Of a stretch of 64,000 bases of DNA, positions 10,770 through 21,415 are shown piece by piece. The stretch is from Candidatus Poribacteria bacterium (GTDB lineage Bacteria; Poribacteria; WGA-4E; PCPOR2b), in contig OZ242326.1 of NCBI GenBank assembly GCA_965208325.1, positions 960,001 through 1,024,000 on the forward strand, in the 5' to 3' direction. The notes under the pieces are model-generated. The model made no database searches. It was not told where the DNA came from and saw nothing but the letters and a program-made list of their open reading frames with translations. A program made the translations under genes and the position numbers. Within the stretch, counting starts at the first letter, position 1, and each line of letters opens with the position of its first letter.

Positions 10770-11222
10770 TTACAAATCGAAAATTACCTGTGCAATCCAA
10801 CTACCATCCGGCATTTGCTCAACACTCAACTGATGGTAAGTAACACTCTTGATCTCAGTGTACACGACATGTTTATTGAAATTTACTGGCTCGCCGCGAG
10901 CGACCGCGGACAACGCTGGCGGCTGCTCTGAAATTGACCGAATATCGACTCGCCTGAAAAACATCTCCTCAACTTCATGCCTAAAATTCAACTCATCCAA
11001 CCACGCCACCATCAAATCTTCGAGCGATCCCGCCGTTAACTCAATTTTGATTTGTGCCGCCTCATCAATAGTGTTAGCGTCAGCAATACTCTCAAGAAGT
11101 CCGTGCGCTGCATGGGTGAAAAGTTGTTTCAGTGTCCTGCCGTACGCGCGAATGCCGAGATCGCCGGTATGATCTAAATAGGTATAGGTTTCAGTCAAAT
11201 TTTCCTCTGTGGCCGCACACAA
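10770..11222 (-). CDS. Archease
   Basis: YLDHTGDLG N-terminal motif, EIKSVTYH, C-terminal VIFDL. Confidence 0.9.
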   Translation of the reverse strand: MCAATEENLTETYTYLDHTGDLGIRAYGRTLKQLFTHAAHGLLESIADANTIDEAAQIKIELTAGSLEDLMVAWLDELNFRHEVEEMFFRRVDIRSISEQPPALSAVARGEPVNFNKHVVYTEIKSVTYHQLSVEQMPDGSWIAQVIFDL

Positions 11223-11514
11223 CTAGGCTCTCAGTTTACCAGAAAATTTCTCATACATCAATGAAAAATTCAACCGCTGCGCCGCCGCAATTTTGTGGCT
11301 TTCAATTCATGCGATGATGTGCTAAAATAGTAACGTCTTGTTGTTCACACCCTGGCATTCGACCCAATCGGCTGCGCGGCAAGACCATTATTCGCTGCAA
11401 ATCGAAAGTTAATCTTAGCTTCTCATTTGAAAAAATTCGGTTGGATGTGTGGTTTTAACGAAATCGCGGACCTATAATCCGTTGTAAACTCGTAACAAGG
11501 AAGCGTGCGAAGAG

Positions 11515-12381
11515 ATGAAAAGATTAAACCGAGCGATTGAACTGCTTGAACTGGGACAACCAATATATTACACCGGCGTTGGAGAACCAACCTATTACGG
11601 AGGCATTAAAGCCTCCCAAACATGGGCAGACTATATCATCTTTGAAATGGAACACGAGATGTACAACATCCGAGCGTTGGATGAATTCATGCGCGGCCTT
11701 ACGGCGGGCGGACCGACCCGGAGTGGACATCGCACGCCAGCGGTACTTGTCACGCTCCCGACTGACGGTACAGATGAAAGCGTAATTCGTGCGAATGCTT
11801 GGATGATTAAGCAGGTTCTCGCAAGAGGCATCCATGGAATATTGCTTTGCCATGTAGAAACACCGGGCGCGGCGAAAGCACTCGTTGAATCGGTTCGCTA
11901 CCCTTTCCATACAATAGGTGTCGGAGACGGGGTGAATACGGGGCGCCGCGGAAATGGCGGGCAGGGGAATGCGGCATCAATTTGGGGGATATCGGTCGAA
12001 GAATATTTTGAGAAAGCGGATGTCTGGCCTCTAAATCCGGATGGCGAAATAATGCTCGGCTTGAAGATTGAAAATCGCCGGGCGCTCACTAACGCAGAAG
12101 CTACCGTAGCCGTGTCCGGGATCGCCTTCGCCGAGTGGGGCCCAGGGGATATGGCGTTTTCGTTTGGTTATAGAGATCGCCCTTCGCCTTATCCGGAGGA
12201 ATTGCAGCGCGCTCGGACGCGTGTCCTATCAGCTTGTAAATCTGCGAATATCGCCTTCTTGGATGGCGTGACGCCAGAGAATGTGATTGATAAAATTGAC
12301 GAAGGCGTTCGCGTTTGCGCAGGAGGTGAGGAATCGGCGGAAGTTGGCCGAAAGCACACCAACCGCGAAATGCCTTGGTAG
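11515..12381 (+). CDS. HpcH/HpaI aldolase-citrate lyase family protein
   Basis: FEMEH, KIE, EWGPGD motifs. Confidence 0.75.
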   Translation: MKRLNRAIELLELGQPIYYTGVGEPTYYGGIKASQTWADYIIFEMEHEMYNIRALDEFMRGLTAGGPTRSGHRTPAVLVTLPTDGTDESVIRANAWMIKQVLARGIHGILLCHVETPGAAKALVESVRYPFHTIGVGDGVNTGRRGNGGQGNAASIWGISVEEYFEKADVWPLNPDGEIMLGLKIENRRALTNAEATVAVSGIAFAEWGPGDMAFSFGYRDRPSPYPEELQRARTRVLSACKSANIAFLDGVTPENVIDKIDEGVRVCAGGEESAEVGRKHTNREMPW

Positions 12382-12536
12382 AATTGAAACGTGCACGATG
12401 AGGAAGTGAACCTTTCCGACGATTTCATTCGAATACAGTTATTTGGCAGTTGATTTACGCAACGGGTGCACTGTGTTGCGCCGCGGATAAATGTTCTAAT
12501 CGGATTACGCCCCGCTCAATCGATTGACTTTGGATA

Positions 12537-15500
12537 ATGCGTACGCTAATTACGTTTTTTCTTACCGGTATTTTAAGTCTGTCTGGCATCCGCTATCCAA
12601 ACCCCTTTCATGCGCAGTCAGAAGTGATAGTTGATAACTCCAACCGTGAGCATGGTGAGGTATCTGCCTCACAATTTCCTGTTAATTTACATTCTGCCTC
12701 CGAGCAGGTCATCAGTTATGACGATGTCTACGGTATTGGGATAACACTGCCTTTTGATGGAGATGTAGCAATTAGCGCATTAGAAGGCAACCGAATAATA
12801 ATCAAACTCGATAAGCAAGCGATTGGGATTAATGAAGAGATTGTCCAAAGGTTTCTTGACGCCGTCAAGCTGGGAATTTCTAGGGTAGAGGACACCGTGC
12901 AAATAACACCTCAACTCCCGGACGGTTTTGAAACCGAAGCGAAATTGACGCGCATAAACTGTCGTGTCGAAGTTCCGCCCGACATCTCGGTTAGAATCCA
13001 TACTTCAAACGGCAACGTTCACGTTGGCGGGCTTCGGGGCGTTTTGAACATCGCGGCGAATGTCGGCGATATTCAGTTCAGCGAGACAATGGGACAATAC
13101 CAAGTGGCTTTAACCGAAGGACGCATTTTCGGCCGTATTTTTTTGACGAAGGGGAAAAACTCCTTTGAAACACAGTCAGGCTCCATTGATCTCACCATCT
13201 TGGATTCAGTCGCAGCGCCAATGGATTTCACGGCAGTTAACGGCGGAATTCGACTACGCTTACCGCAAAATTTCCCGGCTGACGTGGAAATCAACAATGA
13301 AAAACGTGATCGACGTACAATTTTCATTGAGGTGCCCGCAGAGATTGACCATTCCCTTACGGGCGATGTCCTGCATGGTGCGATCAACGGCGGCGGTCCG
13401 TTAATACGGTTGCACGCCAGCGATCAGGTTGCGGTTTTGGCGGGTGAATCTTCGCTTCCGGATCGGACGGAGGCAGGTGAAGACAATTTACTTAGCGATG
13501 GACTACTCCATGACGAAAACGACACCGCCACGATTCCCACTGCGGCAGTAACCAAAACCGAGGTCCCCCCAATAATTGACGGCAATCTGTTTGAGAAAAC
13601 GTGGTCGAACACTCTTTCACTGCACGACTTTTACGAAGCAGATGGAATACACCCAGCGCGGGAACCGACGCAAGTGTTTCTGATGTGGGACGATCGATTT
13701 CTTTACATAGGTGTGAGAGCCTACGACGCACAAATGGGGGAGGTGCATGTTTCCCAAAGGACTAAGGACTCGGCTGTAGGGACGGACGACTCCATTGAAA
13801 TACTTGTCGATCCAAATCCACAGACACCCCTTTACTATCACATCATTATTAATCCGATTGGGACGGTCCTCGACCAGATTGTACGATCAAACTATTCTCC
13901 AGACGCGCAAATCCCATCGGTAGACGCTGGCGAGAAACCCATGGGATTAACATCGTCGAACGGAATTGTCGATTTGCATTGGAATGCAAATGCGAATATC
14001 AAGACCGAAATCGCGTCGACCTTCTGGACCGCGGAAATTGCATTACCCCTTTCCTCACTTGAATCCGCCGCGGCGGACGACTGGCGATTAAATGTTCTAC
14101 GCAAAGTTCATCGCCATGATGAGTGTAGTTATTGGTCGCCGACCTACGATGTAAACACGCCTTGGTGGCCGCATTGGCGGGAACGGATGGGGATTTTGCG
14201 TTTGGTCTCGTCTCAGTCTTCCGTATACACGGAGAACTACGAACTTGAAGAAAAATTTGAGATTTCCGGAATTGAGGTACATGGAAATGCCGAGATTTCG
14301 ACACCAGAAATTCTTCAACTCCTGCCCTATAAACGTGGTGATGTTGTCACCGCCAGCGAACTATCTTGGCTGAAAGCGGAACTTGAAATTCACGACTGGT
14401 TTCTTCAAGCGCATCTGGAAACCACAGATGCACCCTCGGAAGGCGAGGAACCGCCGACAGATTCGTCAATTAATCTCCAGCCAATCGTTTTCCAAGTGGT
14501 AATTTCAATTCGTGTGACGGAGATGCCGACACGGTATGTTCAATTAGTCAGCCTGCACAACAATAGGTTTCTTCATTCAAACGCAATTCGGGCGTTATTC
14601 GGGTTAAAAGACGGGCGCACTTCAATCCAAGAATTAGAGACGAAATGTAATCTAATCGCAACATACTATCATAATAGCGGTTATAACCTCGCGTGGACCG
14701 ATTACCGGTTTGTTGGCGGCAATTTGCAAATTGACATTGATGAGGGACATCTGGACGAAATTCGCTTCGTAGGAAATCGACGCATCCAAACCGACGTGCT
14801 GCTTGATGAATTTGAACTCAAACAGGGCGAAATTTATAATGAGAAACGCTGCCAATCGCTTATTGATGAACTGGATTTAAAGCTCAATAATAACAAATCC
14901 TATGTTTCGGCGGTTAAACACTGGCAGTTGAAACAGGATGAAGACAAAAATGTGCTGGAGATAGAAGTTGAAGAACGGTCCATCGTCAATTGGGATCTGC
15001 TGCCGGTTGCCGACTTCAATCGCGTGCATGGAGTAATTCTAGGCGGGGGTGGTGAAGTACAGACGAAGGACTATGGGGGCGGACGAGTCTTCGGAAGCCT
15101 TAGTTATGGACTATCGAGCGAAACCTTGAATTTTCACTTGGGTGCGGAAAAACGCTGGTTTGACCGTCACACTGTCCGTGCCGGCGGAAGGATTCACAAT
15201 CTTACGGGAACAATCCACGGTATGGCGCTTTCCCAAAGCGAAGAGCTACTCGCATCACTTGTGGTTGGCGATGCTTACATGGATTATTACTTGCGGCGGG
15301 GTTATCAGGCTTGGTTAAAAGGCCAATTGACCCCTTTCGCAAGCATAATGCTCAGATTTGACGACGAAAGACACGAGATTCTTTTTACTTCGACGAATTG
15401 GAGTCTGTTCAATGGGAAAACACCCAAAAAAAGCAATCTGCGGATAAATGAAGGGCATCTCCGAAGTTTTTCGGCGTCTTTTGACTTCGATTCCCGCGAT

Positions 15501-16076
15501 CATAAGTCGCATCTCAGCCGCAATTTCCAAGATTATCCTACTCCCAACTCCCGAACTACCCGGGGATGGCAGGGAAATTTAGCTTTTGAATACGCCGGAA
15601 AACACCTTCAAACAGACTTCGATTTCACCCTTTACCGCTTCAATCTAACTCGCTACAATAAATTCTCAAAAAATCACTTTTTTGACTTCCGATTGGCAGG
15701 CGGCTTCTCGGATGCCCCGTTGCCGCGTCAGCGCCAATTCTATCTAGGCGGTCTTGGAACACTGCGCGGGTACGGCTTCAGGGAATTCAGCGGCGACAAT
15801 ATGCTGCTTTCGAATTTGGAATACCGCTACCGCCTGTCACAGAGTAATCTCCTTGCTATTGCGGCGATGGCGTTCCTCGACACCGGATACACCTGGCATT
15901 ACCGCGAACGCATGATACTGAATCGTTTCAACACGTCGATCGGCATTGGCCTTTCTCTAGGCTGGTTGAATTTGCCCGATACCGTTCAGATGGACACGGT
16001 TCGGATTGAGATTGCACGTGCTATTCGTAAATCGCGGAACGTCAACTTCATTTTGCGCCTTTCACGGATGTACTGA
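12537..16076 (+). CDS. Multidomain Omp85/BamA-TamA family outer membrane protein (DUF4097-like beta repeats, CBM9-like domain, POTRA repeats, beta barrel)
   Basis: Signal peptide; TSNGNVHV/AVNGGI/GAINGGG adhesin-like repeats; PPIIDGNL..W..LMWDDRFLYIG..DDSIEI..WTAEIALP CBM9-like; GNxxI POTRA starts; FYLGGLGTLRGY and AFLDTG barrel motifs. Confidence 0.75.
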   Translation: MRTLITFFLTGILSLSGIRYPNPFHAQSEVIVDNSNREHGEVSASQFPVNLHSASEQVISYDDVYGIGITLPFDGDVAISALEGNRIIIKLDKQAIGINEEIVQRFLDAVKLGISRVEDTVQITPQLPDGFETEAKLTRINCRVEVPPDISVRIHTSNGNVHVGGLRGVLNIAANVGDIQFSETMGQYQVALTEGRIFGRIFLTKGKNSFETQSGSIDLTILDSVAAPMDFTAVNGGIRLRLPQNFPADVEINNEKRDRRTIFIEVPAEIDHSLTGDVLHGAINGGGPLIRLHASDQVAVLAGESSLPDRTEAGEDNLLSDGLLHDENDTATIPTAAVTKTEVPPIIDGNLFEKTWSNTLSLHDFYEADGIHPAREPTQVFLMWDDRFLYIGVRAYDAQMGEVHVSQRTKDSAVGTDDSIEILVDPNPQTPLYYHIIINPIGTVLDQIVRSNYSPDAQIPSVDAGEKPMGLTSSNGIVDLHWNANANIKTEIASTFWTAEIALPLSSLESAAADDWRLNVLRKVHRHDECSYWSPTYDVNTPWWPHWRERMGILRLVSSQSSVYTENYELEEKFEISGIEVHGNAEISTPEILQLLPYKRGDVVTASELSWLKAELEIHDWFLQAHLETTDAPSEGEEPPTDSSINLQPIVFQVVISIRVTEMPTRYVQLVSLHNNRFLHSNAIRALFGLKDGRTSIQELETKCNLIATYYHNSGYNLAWTDYRFVGGNLQIDIDEGHLDEIRFVGNRRIQTDVLLDEFELKQGEIYNEKRCQSLIDELDLKLNNNKSYVSAVKHWQLKQDEDKNVLEIEVEERSIVNWDLLPVADFNRVHGVILGGGGEVQTKDYGGGRVFGSLSYGLSSETLNFHLGAEKRWFDRHTVRAGGRIHNLTGTIHGMALSQSEELLASLVVGDAYMDYYLRRGYQAWLKGQLTPFASIMLRFDDERHEILFTSTNWSLFNGKTPKKSNLRINEGHLRSFSASFDFDSRDHKSHLSRNFQDYPTPNSRTTRGWQGNLAFEYAGKHLQTDFDFTLYRFNLTRYNKFSKNHFFDFRLAGGFSDAPLPRQRQFYLGGLGTLRGYGFREFSGDNMLLSNLEYRYRLSQSNLLAIAAMAFLDTGYTWHYRERMILNRFNTSIGIGLSLGWLNLPDTVQMDTVRIEIARAIRKSRNVNFILRLSRMY

Positions 16077-16267
16077 AGCTGGGCTATAGCAAACTGATTC
16101 CGCGATGATTGCTTCGCAGGATATCTGTTGATTGCATTCACGCGCCCTGAGTATTCGTTCGAAATCCATTAATGACTCATAATGAAACGATTTGCACAAT
16201 ACTTAGCCCAATTCTCCCCACAAACAACCCTTCCCTTAACAAAGTGACACTTCTCTTTTATCAAATT

Positions 16268-16386
16268 GACACATTTGTGTCTTTTTAAGACACATTTGTT
16301 TACAGTCCCAGAACCTCGCATGCGGCAAGGATTTTCACGGTTGTAGTGTACCATTATTGCGATCTTGGGTAAACAGATGTGTCTTA
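16268..16386. promoter_or_regulatory. Putative enhancer (UAS) sites for a sigma54 activator
   Basis: Palindrome GACACA-TT-TGTGTC (16268-16281); TAAGACACATTTGTTTAC (16286-16303) and its 17/18 inverted copy (16369-16386), about 125-240 bp upstream of the -24 box. Confidence 0.55.
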
Positions 16387-16508
16387 TTCATTCCTACCAC
16401 TCGAACACTTCTTCCCCCAAATGAAAACTTTTCGACCTGTCAGTATTCCTCACTACATGAGGATTTCTAAGACATAGCATGGCTAAATTTGGAAGTAAAG
16501 TATTGACT

Positions 16509-16524
16509 TGGCACAGGATTTGCT
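16509..16524 (+). promoter_or_regulatory. sigma54 (-24/-12) promoter
   Basis: TGGCAC-AGGAT-TTGCT, consensus sequence and spacing. Confidence 0.75.
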
Positions 16525-16756
16525 AGTTTAGGATTGTCGAAGAACTCAGAGGCGCCTATTTGAGGGATGACGGTTTTCCTGGCGACGGTTTTGCCGTCGC
16601 CCCTCTCATGCCTTAATGTCTCGGCGCCTGAAATCCCTTCGCTATGATAGTCAAAATAATGAGCCAACAAAACAGAATCTGAACAAGGCAGCATTGGGCA
16701 TTGCTGCTCATGCGCCGCACCTAACAATTTACACTCTGGGAAGAGGAGGGTCTACA

Positions 16757-16942
16757 TTGACAACCCATAATGAAAGCCATACAAGATTTATAACAGAGAA
16801 TACTGACGAATTCAATGCGCTTGTCGATGCCATCTCAGACTTGCGAAAAGCTATTGCTGCGTACCACCATGATTTCAAAAAGAGAAAAGTAGAACTATTG
16901 GTTGAGATTGTGCGTCTTCGGGACCTTAATGCCGGACCATAG
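16757..16942 (+). CDS. Small hypothetical helical protein (61 aa), possibly the 5' part of an interrupted ORF
   Basis: AGAGGAGGG RBS 6 nt before TTG; frame stays open for 51 more codons after the TAG. Confidence 0.45.
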   Translation: MTTHNESHTRFITENTDEFNALVDAISDLRKAIAAYHHDFKKRKVELLVEIVRLRDLNAGP

Positions 16943-17116
16943 TGGAGAAGTCTGCTCGCGGATGCGTTCATCAATACCCCGGCTGCAACGCATTCTGATA
17001 AATCCAATACGCCGTACTCACGCCTTGTCTTCACAAATGTGAAAACTGAAAAGACATATTTACGAGAGTTGAAGCTTTACGCCAATCACACATTGTAAGG
17101 GCCAAATGAACTAGCT

Positions 17117-17344
17117 ATGAAAGTATTTCGCGCACTCTTTTGGTGGCATGCCGCAATAATTTACCTTGTTGTCCTAATATTGACTGGATGCAGCCAGCAC
17201 AAACCCACAGAATTTCGCCCCGCGGCGGATCACCATGAGGAGGCGATTGACCTCTTGAGCGATGAAGAATGGGAGTCTTTGATGAGTTTGCCTCCCTTAC
17301 CATATGCCCCGCCGCCAGACCTTACGGATTGTGATACCAAATGA
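17117..17344 (+). CDS. Small putative lipoprotein
   Basis: Basic N-terminus, hydrophobic stretch, lipobox LTGC; acidic/Pro-rich tail. Confidence 0.5.
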   Translation: MKVFRALFWWHAAIIYLVVLILTGCSQHKPTEFRPAADHHEEAIDLLSDEEWESLMSLPPLPYAPPPDLTDCDTK

Positions 17345-17673
17345 ACAAGCGTCGACCTAGCGGTATCCTTTCGGATGGCATCTAATTATTCCCGTTTGAG
17401 TAGCTCCAATGTTACTTATTGCGTTAAGTGCTGAGTTAAATCAACGAAAACACTTGCGGCGATGGAATCTACCGATACTAAACTGCCAGTCAAAATTTTT
17501 GCGGCGAACGAAAATTGACAATTTGTGAAAAAATTGTGTTACACTGTAGCAAATTGTCGAGAAATTGAACAATCGGGTTCGCCCAACATAGTAAGCTAAA
17601 GCTATCGGCAACAACAAATCACGCTTGTGATATTCTCGACAGAATTCTAACCACTTGCTTCTACAGGGGAGAA

Positions 17674-19311
17674 ATGAAGGACGAGAATAAGTCGCAGGCG
17701 GAACTAATTGACGAATTACAAGAGATGCGCGAGCGTGTCATACAACTAGAACGTGAACGAGTACAATACAAACAGATGGCACAAGCCGATCCCTACTATA
17801 ACACGCCGGAGATGTTTGCATCCGTAGACACACAATCGGAGAGGGTACTGCACTGCAACGAGTCGCTTATCATGGCATTGGGTTACACCGAATCGGAAAT
17901 TGTCGGTTCGTCAATATTCAAGATGTATCATGAGGACTGCTTAGAATACGCAAAGCGGGTGTTCGCGAATCTCATAAAAACCGGCGAAATCCGCGATACC
18001 GAACTGGTTTTGCGGAAAAAAGACGGCGACATAATTGATGTAAGCTTGAGCGCTTCTACGGTCTGTGATGAAAATGGGGACCCGCTTTACAGCCGTTGTT
18101 TCTGGGCGGACATAACGGAACACAAAGAGACAGAAAGAAAACTTCGCAGGAGTGACCTAAGCTTCCGTCAACTTGCGGAGAGTATTCGCGAGGTGTTCTG
18201 GCTGATGTCGCTGGATGGTGACGAGATATTCTACCTGAGTCCCGGGTATGAAGACATATGGGGCAGGCCTAGTGAAGACCTCATCGCTCATCCGATGTCG
18301 TGGGTAGAGCACATTCACCCGGAGGACCGAGAGCGCGTAGTAAGCAAATTTCAACGACGGACACAGGGGCAGTTTACAGAACCCGGCACTGAATTTCGAA
18401 TTTACCGGCCTGATGGATCCGTCCGCTGGATTCTTGGGCGGTCATTTCCTGTCGAAGATGAGAACGGTAAGGTTTACCGCATGGCGGGTTTTGCACTGGA
18501 CATTACGGAACGCAAACACGCCGAAGAATTGTCCGCGATGCAGCAGCAGCAGCTAATTCAAGCGGATAGAATGACCTCAATAGGGATTTTAACCGCTGGA
18601 GTAGCACACGAGATTAACAATCCGAACAATTTTATCATACTCAACGGGGAAATACTTGAGAAGGCGTGGAACGACGTTTTACCAATTTTAGAGACGTATT
18701 GCGAGGAACACGGGGATTTCACTTGTGCGGGCATGCCGTATGCTCAAGCACGCGGGAGCATCAAAAATCTTACGGCGGGGATAATTATTGGGGCGACTCG
18801 AATTCAGAAAATAGTGAACGCCCTTGGCGATTTTGTGCAACAAGATGAGGAGAATTTGAGTCAACTGGTGGACTGCAATGCTGTTGTTGGCTCTGCTATC
18901 GTCATTGCGGAAAACCTGATAAAGATATCGACGAACAATTTCTCGACAGACTTGCAGCCAAATCTACCGAAAATTTCGGGTAGCCGACAACAACTTGAAC
19001 AGGTCTTAATTAACTTAATCTCCAATTCTTGCCAAGCGCTTTCTAATCCTAACAAGAGCGTAGTAGTTTCAACTCGGAACAGTGCCGATCAAGTAATGAT
19101 TGAAGTTCGTGACGAAGGAGAAGGGATTCCGTCTGAAGATTTGCAACAGGTCATGGGAGCCTTTTTCACCACAAAGCGTGAAACCGGCGGCACAGGTCTA
19201 GGGCTATCCGTCTCTTATAATATTATCCAGAATCACGGCGGGGATATTACCTTCAACTCCGAAATCGGAAAGGGGACGGTAGCAACCGTAACGCTGCCAG
19301 CGGTCAATTGA
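17674..19311 (+). CDS. Cytoplasmic PAS-PAS sensor histidine kinase
   Basis: Two PAS/PAC domains (DITE ends), AHEINNP H box, N box, DEGEGI, GTGLGLS; no obvious TM segment. Confidence 0.92.
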   Translation: MKDENKSQAELIDELQEMRERVIQLERERVQYKQMAQADPYYNTPEMFASVDTQSERVLHCNESLIMALGYTESEIVGSSIFKMYHEDCLEYAKRVFANLIKTGEIRDTELVLRKKDGDIIDVSLSASTVCDENGDPLYSRCFWADITEHKETERKLRRSDLSFRQLAESIREVFWLMSLDGDEIFYLSPGYEDIWGRPSEDLIAHPMSWVEHIHPEDRERVVSKFQRRTQGQFTEPGTEFRIYRPDGSVRWILGRSFPVEDENGKVYRMAGFALDITERKHAEELSAMQQQQLIQADRMTSIGILTAGVAHEINNPNNFIILNGEILEKAWNDVLPILETYCEEHGDFTCAGMPYAQARGSIKNLTAGIIIGATRIQKIVNALGDFVQQDEENLSQLVDCNAVVGSAIVIAENLIKISTNNFSTDLQPNLPKISGSRQQLEQVLINLISNSCQALSNPNKSVVVSTRNSADQVMIEVRDEGEGIPSEDLQQVMGAFFTTKRETGGTGLGLSVSYNIIQNHGGDITFNSEIGKGTVATVTLPAVN

Positions 19312-19344
19312 TATTCGCCGCGTCTTCGATATGGAGGAAAATCC

Positions 19345-20778
19345 ATGGATACAACGTGCTTCCCTAACCGTCCAATACTGCTCGTGGACGATGAAGAGCA
19401 ATTTTTGTTCAGCGCAAGTTTTGCGTTGATGTCAGAGGGAATTAATCATGTCCGCAAGTGTCACGATAGCCGTGAAGTCATGTCGATACTGTCGAAAGAG
19501 GATTTCTCGGTTGTGGTACTTGATATGTTGATGCCAGGTCTTTCGGGTCGAGACCTTCTACCGCTGATATTGGGTGAATTCCCGGAACTCCCCGTAACGG
19601 TTGTCACCGCTGAAAACAAAGTCGAAATTGCGGTAGAGTGCATGAGAACTGGCGCGTACGACTTCCTCTTAAAACCGGTGAGCAGGACCCGGCTCGTTGC
19701 AACAGTCCTGCGCGGCATTGAAATTAGCGAACTGCGGCGCGAAAATCGGCAACTCAAAGACCGCCTGCTTTCGCACACGTTAGAACAGCCTGAAGCGTTC
19801 TCCGGCATTATAACGCAAGACCGATCGATGTATTCCATATTCCAGTACGTCGAGGCAATCGCCCGAACCAACCTACCAGTATTAATTACAGGGGAAACCG
19901 GTGTTGGAAAAGAACTGATTGCAGCAGCAATCCACAAGGTGAGCGGGCGGGAAGGGGCATTTGTTCCAGTCAATGTGGCGGAGCTTAATGACCATCTATT
20001 TGCGGACACGCTCTTTGGTCACCGGAAAGGGGCATATACCGGCGCAGATTCATCCCGTAAGGGGTTGATTGAGCGAGCGTCAAATGGCACGCTATTCCTT
20101 GACGAAATCGGCGACCTACGCATGGAGTCTCAAGTCAAGCTGCTTCGCCTCCTTCAAGAAGGGAAATACTACCAGCTTGGCGCAGATATTCCGAAGGCTA
20201 GTAACGCTAGAACAGTAGTCTCGACCAATCGAGACATTCAATTTCTGAGAAATACAGAATCTTTTCGCAAAGACCTCTATTTCCGTCTGCAGACCCATCA
20301 TATTCACCTTCCGCCGCTTCGTGAACGCGCAGGTGATATACCACTATTGGCTTCCCATTTCATTGATGAAGCTGCCGAGTCACTGGGTAAATCTATTCCA
20401 GCTGCGCCGCCTGAACTATTTTCCTTACTCGTAAAACACCGTTTCCCGGGAAACATCAGGGAACTTCAAGGTATGGTTTTGGATGCCGTCAGCCGACACA
20501 AAGGCGGAAGCCTTTCTATTCAGTCGTTCCAAGAAAAAATTAACTACAAATCTTCAGATTCTAGCGGCAACGGGGAATCAGCCGAAAATGTATTTGCAGA
20601 CGGGTTGTCTACGCTGCCTCAATTGCCATCCTTGAAAGCTACCGAACAGCTTATGATTGATGAAGCCCTGAAGCGCGCCAATGGAAATCAGACCGTTGCC
20701 GCAAAAATATTGGGTATGTCGAGACAAGCGCTGCACAACCGTCTAGCCCGCGCTCGGTCTTCAGCCAACGACGCGTGA
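19345..20778 (+). CDS. sigma54-dependent NtrC-family response regulator
   Basis: Receiver LVDDE/DMLMP/KP, GETGVGKE, GAYTGA, LFLDEIG, FPGNIREL, C-terminal Fis-type HTH. Confidence 0.93.
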   Translation: MDTTCFPNRPILLVDDEEQFLFSASFALMSEGINHVRKCHDSREVMSILSKEDFSVVVLDMLMPGLSGRDLLPLILGEFPELPVTVVTAENKVEIAVECMRTGAYDFLLKPVSRTRLVATVLRGIEISELRRENRQLKDRLLSHTLEQPEAFSGIITQDRSMYSIFQYVEAIARTNLPVLITGETGVGKELIAAAIHKVSGREGAFVPVNVAELNDHLFADTLFGHRKGAYTGADSSRKGLIERASNGTLFLDEIGDLRMESQVKLLRLLQEGKYYQLGADIPKASNARTVVSTNRDIQFLRNTESFRKDLYFRLQTHHIHLPPLRERAGDIPLLASHFIDEAAESLGKSIPAAPPELFSLLVKHRFPGNIRELQGMVLDAVSRHKGGSLSIQSFQEKINYKSSDSSGNGESAENVFADGLSTLPQLPSLKATEQLMIDEALKRANGNQTVAAKILGMSRQALHNRLARARSSANDA

Positions 20779-21167
20779 AACCTCGTTTGATTGCACCAAA
20801 CGCTAATTCCCAACCTGTAACAACCAGCCTTTCTACACCTTCCCTCATACCGGTGCGGCATGCATCGGAATCCTCATCGTTTGATCCTAGCCATGGCATC
20901 CAGTAACTTCATATCCTAATGTGAAATGCCATTCTGCTGCGCCGCTATGAATCAGTTCGAGAGATTCCATTGCCGGATGCACCTACAGAAGGTGACGCTG
21001 AAAACTCGCTACTGTATAACACAATTCACGTCCGGCCAACCGTGCACGAACAGCAAAATAAACCTTCCGATTGACGCCAATGCGTAAAACCTGAATTCCG
21101 GACTGGTCTTCTTTTTGCTTGATCTTCGTATGGGCATGACATATAATTTGAACCACGCTCCTTATTT

Positions 21168-21353
21168 GAAACCGAGTTTTTTCTTCAAAACTCGGTTTCT
21201 TCATTACATAAGCCAATGCCTTATCGGGGCGGCAAATTATAGCTGCACTAGCGCCTGTAGGAGCAATCTCCGAATCGCGACTCGCCCCAACACAAAACGA
21301 AAGAGAATGGCGCTCCATTTTCAAACCGAGTTTTTTCTTCAGAACTCGGTTTC
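21168..21353. repeat. Two copies of a ~32-bp palindromic repeat (GAAACCGAGTTTT..AAAACTCGGTTTC) flanking a GTAG-type REP; a third copy is at 57691-57722
   Basis: Copies at 21168-21199 and 21323-21353; GTAGGAGCAATCTCCGAATCGCGA between them. Confidence 0.75.
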
Positions 21354-21415
21354 TTCAATGCATCTTTGTTACACAAGACTTATAGATTGGTCGCGGCATA
21401 AATCAGGAGGAAAAC

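Noticed and set aside
17342..17432. Selenocysteine readthrough of the lipoprotein TGA
   Set aside because: No convincing SECIS hairpin directly after the TGA and no redox motif context
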